Of a DNA stretch of 64,000 nucleotides, positions 36,404 to 45,032 are shown in pieces. This DNA is from an uncultured Thiobacillus sp. (GTDB lineage: Bacteria > Pseudomonadota > Gammaproteobacteria > Burkholderiales > Thiobacillaceae), in contig CAZHKS010000003.1 of assembly GCA_964533095.1 (NCBI GenBank), positions 201,696 through 265,695 on the forward strand, read 5' to 3'. The notes beneath the pieces are model-generated. The model made no database searches. It worked only from the letters and a program-made list of their open reading frames with translations, and was not told where the DNA came from. Every line of letters starts with the position of its first letter. Within the stretch, counting starts at the first letter, position 1. The position numbers were made by a program, and so were the translations under genes.

Positions 36404-39072
36404 TGCAGCGCCGGCAGGCCTTGCAGGAAGTCCAGTATCCCGAAGCTCTTCATGATCAGGAACAGGACGACGGCGATGAGCAGGTTCTTGAATGCCACGT
36501 AGGAGGCCATGTCAGCCCAGGAGGCTGGCCGCAGGTTGCGTCCCCACCACGGGCCGTCCTTGACGTAGGGCTTGCAGCGCATGCGCACCACCAGTTCGTA
36601 GGCACTCCAGCCCAGCCACCAGCCGAGCACGATGCCGGGGCCGATCTGGCCTGCGGCGCCAAGCACCCACACCCAGGTCACCAGCACGGTGAGGGCGAAC
36701 GTGGTGGCCTGCAGCAGGATGGGCTGCTGGAAGACCTTGCGGCTCCAGGGGAACAGGTGGTCGAAGAACTCCTGTCCGATGAAGGCGGGCAGGCTCGCGG
36801 GGGCCTGGGCGGCAGACGAGGGGGCCGCTGCGGCAATCGGCTTGATAGGGATGTAGTAGCCGTTCGCCCCGATGGCCGTCAGCGGTTCGCCGGCTTTGGT
36901 GCGGCGCTTGCGTTCCTGCGCCAGCGGCGGGCAGGCATGAGTATCGTAATAGAGAACCTGGCAGTCGAGGCACAGCAGGCATTCGCGCTGATCGATGCGG
37001 CCGCTGTCGTCGATCGCCTGCGAGCCACACCCAACCTGGCACGCCGCGCACGGCCCGCACTCCTGCTTGCGCTTGAGTCCCCACCAGCGGAAGGTCGAAG
37101 GCACTGCGAGCGCTGCGCCGAGCGGGCACAGGTATTTGCAGAACGGCCGTTCGAAGAAGGCCGAGGCCACGATCAGGACCGTCCAGAAGGTCACGAAAGG
37201 CCAGGAGCGGTTCCACACCCCCACTAGGAAGGTGGTCTTGAACGGCTCGACTTCGGCGAACTTCTCCGCCAATCCCATCGAATAAAAGGACACGGCGAGC
37301 AGGATTGTAAAAATGCCGTATTTGATCCACTTCAGCCGATCATGCCAGTTCTGCGGCAGCAGGTGGCGCTGGTAGCGCTTGAGCCCCAGCTTGCCGGACA
37401 CGTGGTAGACCAGTTCCGCGAGCGAGCCGTAGGGGCACATCCAGCCGCAGAACATCCCGCGTCCCCAGAAGAATGTGGTGACGATGATGAAGATCCAGAA
37501 CAGGAAGACGAAGGGATCGGACAGGAACAATTCCCAGCGCCACTCGAACAGGATGGCGTGGAACCAGGTCAGCACCTGTGTGATGGACGGTACGGCCAGC
37601 AGGTAGAACCCGACAAAGCCGATCGACGAAATCCACAGCAGGTAACGCGGGATTTCCTTCCAGCGCGTGTCCTTCATCGTCGAGCGCCGGACCAGTTTGT
37701 CCCGCAGCGCATACACGGTGCCCGCAGTCATGAGCCAAAGCAGGAACAGCACGATCTCGGTCTTGCGTGTTTTCCACACCTTGACCCAGGTCGCCTCGGG
37801 CTTGACGATTTCAGGCCGGCCGCCTTCCAGATAGCGTGCCGGCAGCCAGTATTCGCGGTCAAAGTTGGCAAAAGTCTTGGCGCCGGTCTGCCGGTCCATC
37901 TTGTTGGCCAGAAAGACGAGGCTCCAGGGATAGGCCGCGCTGAATGTCGGCGAACGGATGATGAAGATGGCCGATTCCTTGTAGCGGGGTGCGCCGGCGG
38001 CCTCGATGCCATAGAGGTTGAGGTAATCCAGATCGCGGAAGGTGAAGGAATCGATGTCCTGGGACACCATAACCCGGTCATAGATGCCGCCGCGGACGAA
38101 GCCCGAGCCCTTGAAGGAGCCCGTGCCATTGGCGATCAGGAAAATCGCATGCTCGCCGGGCTTGAGCTTGGACATCAGGGCGGCATAGCCATGCTCGCCC
38201 AGCACGCTGCGGCCGATCGCCGGGGTGTTGAGATAACCGAAATAAATATCGATGTAGGGCTGGCCTGCCGGTCCCTGGCCGATTTCATCCGCCTTGACCT
38301 TGAGTTCCTGGACGCTGCCTTCTTCAAGTAGTGCCTTCCAGTTTAGCGTACCCGGCACATCCCTGAACTTCGCCTGGGGGCGGATCGTCGGCTTGACGAT
38401 GCCCACCTGCCGGGCAACAGCGAGACCGCTGCGCAGGATGACCTGGTTTTCCGCGATCACGGTTACCGTGGCGCCGGAGATCGCGTCGACCCCGATCATG
38501 CCTTCGCCGGGCCTGGATGTGCCCACTTCGATCTTGTCGCCGACAAACTTGCCGAGGTACTGCTTGACGAACTTGGTGAGCTGCGACTCCGGGATACCCA
38601 CCAGCAGGATAGGCTCGGAGTGCTTCAGGACCCGGACGCCGGTGACGATGCCCTTGGTATCCATGCCGATCAGGGTTACCACGGGCTTGCCCGAGTAGGC
38701 CGGAATGTCTACGACGTCGGTGGACAGGAATACGTAGCCGATCAGTTCACAGTCATTCTTCTTGTCGCAATCGTGTTTCTCGCCATGATCATTTTTGTTG
38801 TCGCGATCACCTTTGTCGTGATCACCCTTCTCGTCATGATCGTGTTTCTTTTTCCGGTAGGCCTCGACATACGCAGGCTTGCCCATGCGCTTGGAAAAAT
38901 AGTCGGCGCCGGGCATGACGTCCTTGCAGGGAACGTACGCGCACAGATCAGGATCGGTGGACAACTGCACCGGCAACGGGGCCTCGTAGCTGCTACCGAT
39001 GGCCGGTCCGTACGCGCAGCACAGAAACAGCATGGTCAGCAGACGGGCGATCAGGCGGGCAAGAGAATTCAT
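36391..39072 (-). CDS. nosR: NosR membrane FMN/Fe-S protein, unusually long (893 aa)
   Basis: FMN-binding domain (VDAISGATVT), a 6-TM core, CX3CP motifs (CGWMCPYG, CKYLCPLG) and a ferredoxin-type Cys cluster. Also carries a His/Asp/Lys-rich insert and a 167-aa hydrophobic tail. Confidence 0.92.
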   Translation of the reverse strand: MNSLARLIARLLTMLFLCCAYGPAIGSSYEAPLPVQLSTDPDLCAYVPCKDVMPGADYFSKRMGKPAYVEAYRKKKHDHDEKGDHDKGDRDNKNDHGEKHDCDKKNDCELIGYVFLSTDVVDIPAYSGKPVVTLIGMDTKGIVTGVRVLKHSEPILLVGIPESQLTKFVKQYLGKFVGDKIEVGTSRPGEGMIGVDAISGATVTVIAENQVILRSGLAVARQVGIVKPTIRPQAKFRDVPGTLNWKALLEEGSVQELKVKADEIGQGPAGQPYIDIYFGYLNTPAIGRSVLGEHGYAALMSKLKPGEHAIFLIANGTGSFKGSGFVRGGIYDRVMVSQDIDSFTFRDLDYLNLYGIEAAGAPRYKESAIFIIRSPTFSAAYPWSLVFLANKMDRQTGAKTFANFDREYWLPARYLEGGRPEIVKPEATWVKVWKTRKTEIVLFLLWLMTAGTVYALRDKLVRRSTMKDTRWKEIPRYLLWISSIGFVGFYLLAVPSITQVLTWFHAILFEWRWELFLSDPFVFLFWIFIIVTTFFWGRGMFCGWMCPYGSLAELVYHVSGKLGLKRYQRHLLPQNWHDRLKWIKYGIFTILLAVSFYSMGLAEKFAEVEPFKTTFLVGVWNRSWPFVTFWTVLIVASAFFERPFCKYLCPLGAALAVPSTFRWWGLKRKQECGPCAACQVGCGSQAIDDSGRIDQRECLLCLDCQVLYYDTHACPPLAQERKRRTKAGEPLTAIGANGYYIPIKPIAAAAPSSAAQAPASLPAFIGQEFFDHLFPWSRKVFQQPILLQATTFALTVLVTWVWVLGAAGQIGPGIVLGWWLGWSAYELVVRMRCKPYVKDGPWWGRNLRPASWADMASYVAFKNLLIAVVLFLIMKSFGILDFLQGLPALQWLF

Positions 39073-39149
39073 TTAAAACACCGCAAAGGTCAGAACATCA
39101 ACTGGAACACGCGCAACACCTACATCCGGCGTGCAGCCGCGCGTCCTGG

Positions 39150-39211
39150 CCGCCGGTTTGCCGGCGGTACCGGAATGGGGTTCCTCCGTTTCCCTGCGCC
39201 AGGGAACGGAG
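39150..39211 (-). other. two stable hairpins in the nosZ-nosR spacer (processing, stabiliser or partial terminator)
   Basis: Read directly: CCGCCGG-TTTG-CCGGCGG (39150..39167) and CTCCGTTTCCCTG-CGC-CAGGGAACGGAG (39184..39211, one bulge). No U-run follows either. Confidence 0.5.
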
Positions 39212-39218
39212 AAGCCGG

Positions 39219-41183
39219 TCACGCCTCGACTAGCAGGCGGCTGCGCATTTCCAGGTGAAGCGCATGGCAGAAGTTGGTGCAGTAGCACCAGTAGACCCCA
39301 GGCTTGTCCGCCACGAAGGTGACCGACTTGGTCTCCTGCGGGTTGACGATGAACTGGATATCGTACTTGGGAATGGCGAAGCCGTGGGTCAGATCCTCTA
39401 CCTTGTCGTGGTTGGTCAGGATGATGGTCACCTCGTCGCCCTTCTTGACCTTGAATTCCCGCAGGCTGAAGGTCGGGGCCTGGCTGGTGAGCTTGATGGT
39501 CACCTTCTTGCCATTGCGGAAGACGCCGGATTCCTTCGGATCCTTCACCGCCAGGGGGAATTCGTCCATGTTGTAGATCTGGCGCGTCTTGATGATGTCG
39601 CGACGGATGATGATCGAGTCGTGCGGTTCCGAATACACCGAATGGTCGGCCACCAGCTTCATTTTGTCGCCGCTGATGTCGATCAGCTGGGCGGTCTCGG
39701 CATGCAGCGGCCCCACGGGCAGGAAGCGGTCCTTGGAAAACTTGTTGTCCGAAATGAAGAAATGGCCGTCCGATTCCTTGGTCTCGCCCATCGACGTGAA
39801 GCCATGGCCGGGCTGGTAATGCACGTCGATGCGATCGACCACCGGCTTGGCGCTCTTGTCGCCCTTGAACGACTTGATCGCGGCTTCCACGTTCCACTTC
39901 ACGATCTGGCTGTCGAGGAACAGGGTGGTGTAGGCGTTGCCCTTGTTGTCGAAGCCGGTATGCAGCGGGCCGAGGCCGATTTCAGGTTCGGCGACCACCG
40001 CGTCGCGGGGGTTGGCCAGTTCGCCATCGAACCATTTCAGCACCAAGGCATGTTCGATGACCGAGGCGGTCGGCGAGAGCTTGCCCGAGCAGGCGTAGTA
40101 CTTGCCGTCCGGGCTGATGTTCACGCCGTGGGGGTTCTTCGGAATCGGCACGTAGCATGTCAGCGCCGTCTTGGGGTCCTTGTTGGCGGCCTTGGTGCCG
40201 TCCACGACAGGTACCTTGGAGCTGCCGATGTAGCGTACCTTGCCGGCTTTCACGGCCTCTTCGATGCGGGCCACGTTGAAGAACAGGCAATCGTCCATTT
40301 CCGACGCCATCATGTCCTCGTAATGGATGCCCATCTCGGTGTTGTACTGGTTGGTCGCCGCCAGCTTGCCGTCGTAGGAACTGGCCACCAGGTCGCAGTT
40401 GCCGTCGATCAGCACCTGCCAGCGCACGTCCATGGTATTGGCATCCACGCAGGTGAAGATCGACCGGTACTTGCTGCCGTCTTCCAGGTCGCGTCCGTCG
40501 TTGGGCAGCGGAATCGAGAACTCGCCGCCGCAGAATACGCGGGTGGTGTGATTGATATTGGGGTCGACCGGGTCGCGCTTGTCGGGGAAGGTGCCATGAA
40601 AGCCCTGGACATTGGGCAGTTCGGTGATCTTGTCGGTCTCCATGGTGTCCATGCGGATGCGCGCGAGGCGGCCGTGGATCTTGTCGTTCACGAACAGGTA
40701 CTTGCCGTCGTAGGTGCCGTCTGTATAGGACGGATGGACGTGGTGCGTGTCGCCGGTGGTGTACTTGGGCGTACCGTTGGGCTTGGTGCCGAGGATCGCC
40801 TTCGATTCGTTGGTCACGCCCCAGCCCACCAGGGCGTCCATGTTGAACACCGGAATGCGCTTCAGTTCGCGGCCGGAGGGGATGCCGTAGATGCGGCACT
40901 CGCCCGAATGGCCGCCGCTGGAAAACGAATAGTATTCATCGAGCTGGCCCGGCGGAACCTCGTACTTGCTGTAGTCGATGTTTCCTCCGGCCTGGGCGGC
41001 GGCGGGGGCGCCAGCGCCTTCCCCTGTCGCAGGCGCCGATTTCTTGTTGCAGGCAGACAGGCCCAGCGAAAGCCCCGCGCCGGAGAGTCCGACCAGCGCG
41101 GCTGTATTCATGAATTTGCGGCGGCCCAGATCAGGCTGGGTATCGGATAGTTTGCTGTCGTCCTGCGTATGGTCCTGAGTCAT
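39219..41183 (-). CDS. nosZ: nitrous-oxide reductase (Tat-dependent, clade I type)
   Basis: 654-aa ORF with a twin-arginine signal (GRRKFMNTAALVGLSGAG), a beta-propeller region with conserved His, and a C-terminal CuA motif (CYCTNFCHALHLEM). Confidence 0.97.
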   Translation of the reverse strand: MTQDHTQDDSKLSDTQPDLGRRKFMNTAALVGLSGAGLSLGLSACNKKSAPATGEGAGAPAAAQAGGNIDYSKYEVPPGQLDEYYSFSSGGHSGECRIYGIPSGRELKRIPVFNMDALVGWGVTNESKAILGTKPNGTPKYTTGDTHHVHPSYTDGTYDGKYLFVNDKIHGRLARIRMDTMETDKITELPNVQGFHGTFPDKRDPVDPNINHTTRVFCGGEFSIPLPNDGRDLEDGSKYRSIFTCVDANTMDVRWQVLIDGNCDLVASSYDGKLAATNQYNTEMGIHYEDMMASEMDDCLFFNVARIEEAVKAGKVRYIGSSKVPVVDGTKAANKDPKTALTCYVPIPKNPHGVNISPDGKYYACSGKLSPTASVIEHALVLKWFDGELANPRDAVVAEPEIGLGPLHTGFDNKGNAYTTLFLDSQIVKWNVEAAIKSFKGDKSAKPVVDRIDVHYQPGHGFTSMGETKESDGHFFISDNKFSKDRFLPVGPLHAETAQLIDISGDKMKLVADHSVYSEPHDSIIIRRDIIKTRQIYNMDEFPLAVKDPKESGVFRNGKKVTIKLTSQAPTFSLREFKVKKGDEVTIILTNHDKVEDLTHGFAIPKYDIQFIVNPQETKSVTFVADKPGVYWCYCTNFCHALHLEMRSRLLVEA

Positions 41184-41290
41184 GTCGTGGTGCTCCCCAT
41201 CTCAAAAGTAATCGGCACTTACGTCCGGATTGGCGCAAGACAACCCGGATCGCTCGAAACAGGCTGCAGGCCGGCAAGGCCATCCGCCCC

Positions 41291-41307
41291 TGCGACAATA
41301 TGTCGCA
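41291..41307. promoter_or_regulatory. perfect 7-3-7 palindrome TGCGACA-ATA-TGTCGCA upstream of nosZ (unassigned operator candidate)
   Basis: Read directly. Lies 108-124 nt upstream of the nosZ ATG, at the edge of an AT-rich stretch in the nosZ/narX divergent region. Confidence 0.3.
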
Positions 41308-41535
41308 TTCGTAATCTAGCATATAAAGAAAATTCGATCTCATGATCTTTAATGGATGATTGCCAGCGAGGCCGCCACGGCGCCGGGATGTCGCTCAAAA
41401 GATGTATAGGCTTGACTTGTTAACTCTATGTTTTCACACTGGATTGGCGGATAGTTGCGCAGACGGCCGTCCTCCGGATGGTACTTTAGAGGTACACCTT
41501 TATATTCGGAAGGGTATCCCCACCAAGAGATCAAT

Positions 41536-43425
41536 ATGAATGAAAAACGTGGATTTCTGCAGGATTCACTCCTCCTGAAACTGGGCGGGGCTCTGGCGCT
41601 GATCGCCAGTTTCGCCATTCTCGGCATGGCCAGTTCGGGCATCATCGCCGAGTCGGTGCAGGGCAGCGGCGAGGCGATCAACCTGGCAGGCAGCCTGCGC
41701 ATGCAGACCTACAGGATGACCAGCCTCGCGCTGTCGTCCAGGTTGTCGCAAGGCCGGGACGCATCCGCCCAGCTTGGTCTCGCGATCGAGGCATTCGAAA
41801 CCACGCTGGCCGATCCCCGAATCACGGGCCTGATGCCCAGTCAGGTCGAAACCGGGCTCTCGCGCAGCTATGCTACGGTGCAGCAAACCTGGCAGAAAGT
41901 AAAACCGCGTTTCAGGGCAGAGGTGGCAGGCGGCCCGTCTGCTGCGGCAAGCCAGGCCCCGCTGATTGCAGACGTCAACGTGTTCGTCGACGAGATCGAC
42001 CATCTTGTCAAACAGATCGAGCGCGACACCGAGGCGAAAATCCTGGTCCTGCGCATGGTGCTTGGCGCCGCCTTGCTGATGACGCTGCTGGTCGGCGCGC
42101 TGACCCTCTATCTGGCACGCAACGATCTGGTCCTGCCGCTGCGCGACCTGCTGTCGTTTGCGGCCAACGTTGGCCACGGCAATCTCGCGGTGCGCACCGA
42201 GCATACCGGCAGCGACGAACTGGGGCGGCTCGGCCAGGCCTTCAACCACATGGCTGAGGATCTTTCCCGGATGTATCAGAACCTGGAAGCGCGCGTGGAG
42301 GAAAAAACCGCCGAGCTCACCATCGCCAACCGCTCGCTGGAACTGCTCTATCACTCCATCGCCCGGCTCTACAACGGACCGGTGGCGCAGGATACCTATG
42401 CCATCCTGCTGAACGATCTGGAAAACGTTCTCGGGGTCGGCCACGGGCTCGCCTGCCTGGTGGAAGCCGGCGATACCAACGCACGGGTGATCGCCAGCAC
42501 GCTGCGCCCCGACAGCGGCGATGCCGACCTGTGCGGCCTGATGAGCTGCGCCGCATGCCTCGCCCATCAGGCGCTGGCCGTCCATGCGCTGAAGGACGGC
42601 CGGCGCGTGCTGTCGCTGCCGCTCAAGGATACCGAACAGCACTATGGCGTGCTGCAGCTGGAAATGCCGCCGGGCAGGGAACTGGAGACGTGGCAGACAC
42701 AGTTGCTGGAAGCGCTGTCGCGCCATATCGGCATCGCTATCGGAACCGCGCGCCGAACCGAGCAAAGCCGCCGGCTGTCGCTGCTGGAAGAGCGTGCCGC
42801 GCTGGCACGCGAACTGCACGATTCGCTGGCGCAGTCTCTCGCCTACATGAAAATCCAGGTCAGCCGCCTGAAGCCATTGGTCGAGCGGTCCAGCGCAGGC
42901 GACGAGGCCGCCGAGGTACTGGCCGAATTGCGCGAAGGCCTCAACAGTGCCTACCGCCAGCTGCGCGAACTGCTCACCACATTTCGCCTGCGCATCGAAG
43001 GCGAGGGCCTGGCGGCCGCCCTGCAGACCACCGTGAAGGAGTTTGCCGGCCGGGGCAGCATTCCCATCATGCTGGAAGCCCATCTGGCCGGCTGCACGCT
43101 CAGTCCCAACGAGGAAATCCACACCCTGCAGATCGTGCGCGAAGCGCTGTCCAACGTGCTCAATCATGCCCATGCGCGACAGGCGCAGATCAAGGTGTGG
43201 TGCAACAGCGACGGCTCCGTGTCGGCCAGCGTGACCGACGACGGCATCGGTGTTCACCAGGCGGCCGGGGCGCACCATTACGGCATGACGATCATGGAGG
43301 AACGGGCGCGAAACCTGGGCGGCCAGCTCAGCGTCGAAAACCTTCCCGCCGCCGGCACCCGCGTCAGCCTGCACTTCATGCCGGCCGCGCGGCGCGACAC
43401 CATCCCCATTCATTCCGTACAATAG
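41536..43425 (+). CDS. narX: nitrate/nitrite sensor histidine kinase NarX/NarQ type
   Basis: Internal ATG at 41536 of ORF 41455..43425. P-box-like periplasmic region (AINLAGSLRMQTYRM), HAMP domain, H-box ELHDSLAQSL and an HATPase domain. Confidence 0.92.
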   Translation: MNEKRGFLQDSLLLKLGGALALIASFAILGMASSGIIAESVQGSGEAINLAGSLRMQTYRMTSLALSSRLSQGRDASAQLGLAIEAFETTLADPRITGLMPSQVETGLSRSYATVQQTWQKVKPRFRAEVAGGPSAAASQAPLIADVNVFVDEIDHLVKQIERDTEAKILVLRMVLGAALLMTLLVGALTLYLARNDLVLPLRDLLSFAANVGHGNLAVRTEHTGSDELGRLGQAFNHMAEDLSRMYQNLEARVEEKTAELTIANRSLELLYHSIARLYNGPVAQDTYAILLNDLENVLGVGHGLACLVEAGDTNARVIASTLRPDSGDADLCGLMSCAACLAHQALAVHALKDGRRVLSLPLKDTEQHYGVLQLEMPPGRELETWQTQLLEALSRHIGIAIGTARRTEQSRRLSLLEERAALARELHDSLAQSLAYMKIQVSRLKPLVERSSAGDEAAEVLAELREGLNSAYRQLRELLTTFRLRIEGEGLAAALQTTVKEFAGRGSIPIMLEAHLAGCTLSPNEEIHTLQIVREALSNVLNHAHARQAQIKVWCNSDGSVSASVTDDGIGVHQAAGAHHYGMTIMEERARNLGGQLSVENLPAAGTRVSLHFMPAARRDTIPIHSVQ

Positions 43426-43436
43426 TCCACGCACCC

Positions 43437-44096
43437 ATGAATCCGCCCGATCCCCAAACCATCCTGGTCGTCGACGATCACCCCCTGTTCCGCAAGGGCG
43501 TGATCCAGCTGATCCAGGCCGCCTCCGAATTCCGCTTCGTCGGCGAAGCCCCCAGTGGAAGGGAAGGGCTGCAGCTGGCGCAGAGCCTGCATCCCGACAT
43601 GATCCTGCTCGACCTCAACATGAAGGACATGAATGGCGTCGACGTGCTGAAGGCGATCAAGGAGGACGGACTCGATTCGCGCGTCATCATGCTCACCGTG
43701 TCCGATCAGGCGGAAGATCTGATGGCCGCGCTGCAGGCCGGCGCAGACGGCTATCTGCTGAAGGACATGGAACCGGAAGACCTGATGCGGAAACTGGCCG
43801 AGGCCGCGCACGGCAAGATCACCATCAGCGAGCGGCTGACCCAGTTGCTGGTCGCCTCGCTGCGCGACAAGAACCGCCCCACCAGCCTTGCCGAAGCCGG
43901 ACTGACCGAGCAGGAATACCGAATTCTCGACCATCTGGTCGACGGCAAGAGCAACAAGCTGATCGCCCGCGACATGAACATCGCCGAAGGTACGGTGAAA
44001 GTCCACGTCAAGCACCTGCTGAAGAAGCTCAACCTGCGTTCGCGGGTGGAAGCGGCCGTGTGGGCCGATCGTTGCCGCCGCCAGGCCAAGCCCTGA
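43437..44096 (+). CDS. narL: nitrate/nitrite response regulator NarL (REC + LuxR HTH)
   Basis: ATG at 43437 within long ORF 42531..44096. ILVVDDHPLFRKG...DMILLDLNM receiver domain and an LTEQEYRIL...NKLIARDMNIAEGTVKVH HTH. Confidence 0.93.
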   Translation: MNPPDPQTILVVDDHPLFRKGVIQLIQAASEFRFVGEAPSGREGLQLAQSLHPDMILLDLNMKDMNGVDVLKAIKEDGLDSRVIMLTVSDQAEDLMAALQAGADGYLLKDMEPEDLMRKLAEAAHGKITISERLTQLLVASLRDKNRPTSLAEAGLTEQEYRILDHLVDGKSNKLIARDMNIAEGTVKVHVKHLLKKLNLRSRVEAAVWADRCRRQAKP

Positions 44097-44348
44097 CGGC
44101 CCGGTCTATCGAGGCTCGGTATGCCTCTGTCCAATAGCGGATGTCCGGCAAGCCTGTGGCAACTCACTCGCTGTCGATAAATCTTACAGTCTGGTTTCCG
44201 GGAGTGGGCCAAGTCGTTGACTGGTAACACTTTGATCTTCTAGCTTGATTCGTGCTTGATTTCAGGGGCTGTGCGATTGTGTGGCGGCGATATCGGAAAT
44301 ACCGCGTTGGCTGCACTGACTGCGTCCCACGAATGGCAGGAGGTTTTC

Positions 44349-44948
44349 ATGAAACGCTCATTGTTTGTTCTGGCGGCCATGACGTCGATGCTGGTCGTCA
44401 CACCGTTTTCCCATGCAACGATCATCCAGTATTCCGCCAGCCTGAACGGCTTGAACGCGTCTCCTGTCAATGCGTCACCCGGAACGGGTACGGCCCTGGT
44501 CACGATCGATGACGCATTGAATACCATGATCGTGAATGTCTCGTTTTCAGGATTGCTCGGGACGACGATTGCGGCGCATATTCATTGCTGCACCATAACG
44601 CCTTTGACCGGGACGGCGATCGTGGCCACGACCATGCCAAGCTTTGCGGGTTTTCCGGTGGGGGTAACGACTGGGGTCTATTCGAATACGCTGGACATGA
44701 CACTGGCCACTTCGTATAGCCCGAGCTTTGTGACGGCTCATGGCGGCACGACAGCGGGGGCAGAAGCGGATTTGTTCAACGGCATGGCCCTCGGCGATGC
44801 CTATCTCAATATACACACCTCTGTTGTTCCGGGTGGCGAGATTCGCGGTTTCCTGACGCGGGTCACTCAACCGGTTCCCGAACCCGCCTCGCTCGCGCTG
44901 GTCGGTTTGGGCCTGGCCGGCATGGGCTTCGCACGCCGTAAAGCCTGA
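44349..44948 (+). CDS. CHRD-domain protein with PEP-CTERM sorting signal
   Basis: ATG at 44349 preceded by GGCAGGAGG, followed by a signal peptide. CHRD-like AHIHC...YLNIHT...PGGEIRG and a C-terminal VPEPASLALVGLGLAGMGFARRK. Confidence 0.8.
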   Translation: MKRSLFVLAAMTSMLVVTPFSHATIIQYSASLNGLNASPVNASPGTGTALVTIDDALNTMIVNVSFSGLLGTTIAAHIHCCTITPLTGTAIVATTMPSFAGFPVGVTTGVYSNTLDMTLATSYSPSFVTAHGGTTAGAEADLFNGMALGDAYLNIHTSVVPGGEIRGFLTRVTQPVPEPASLALVGLGLAGMGFARRKA

Positions 44949-45032
44949 TTTCCATACACCAGCCAAATGAACGGCGACTTTAGTCGCCGTTCCCGTTCGG
45001 CGCACGATGCCCCCGCTCGATACCGCGATGAC

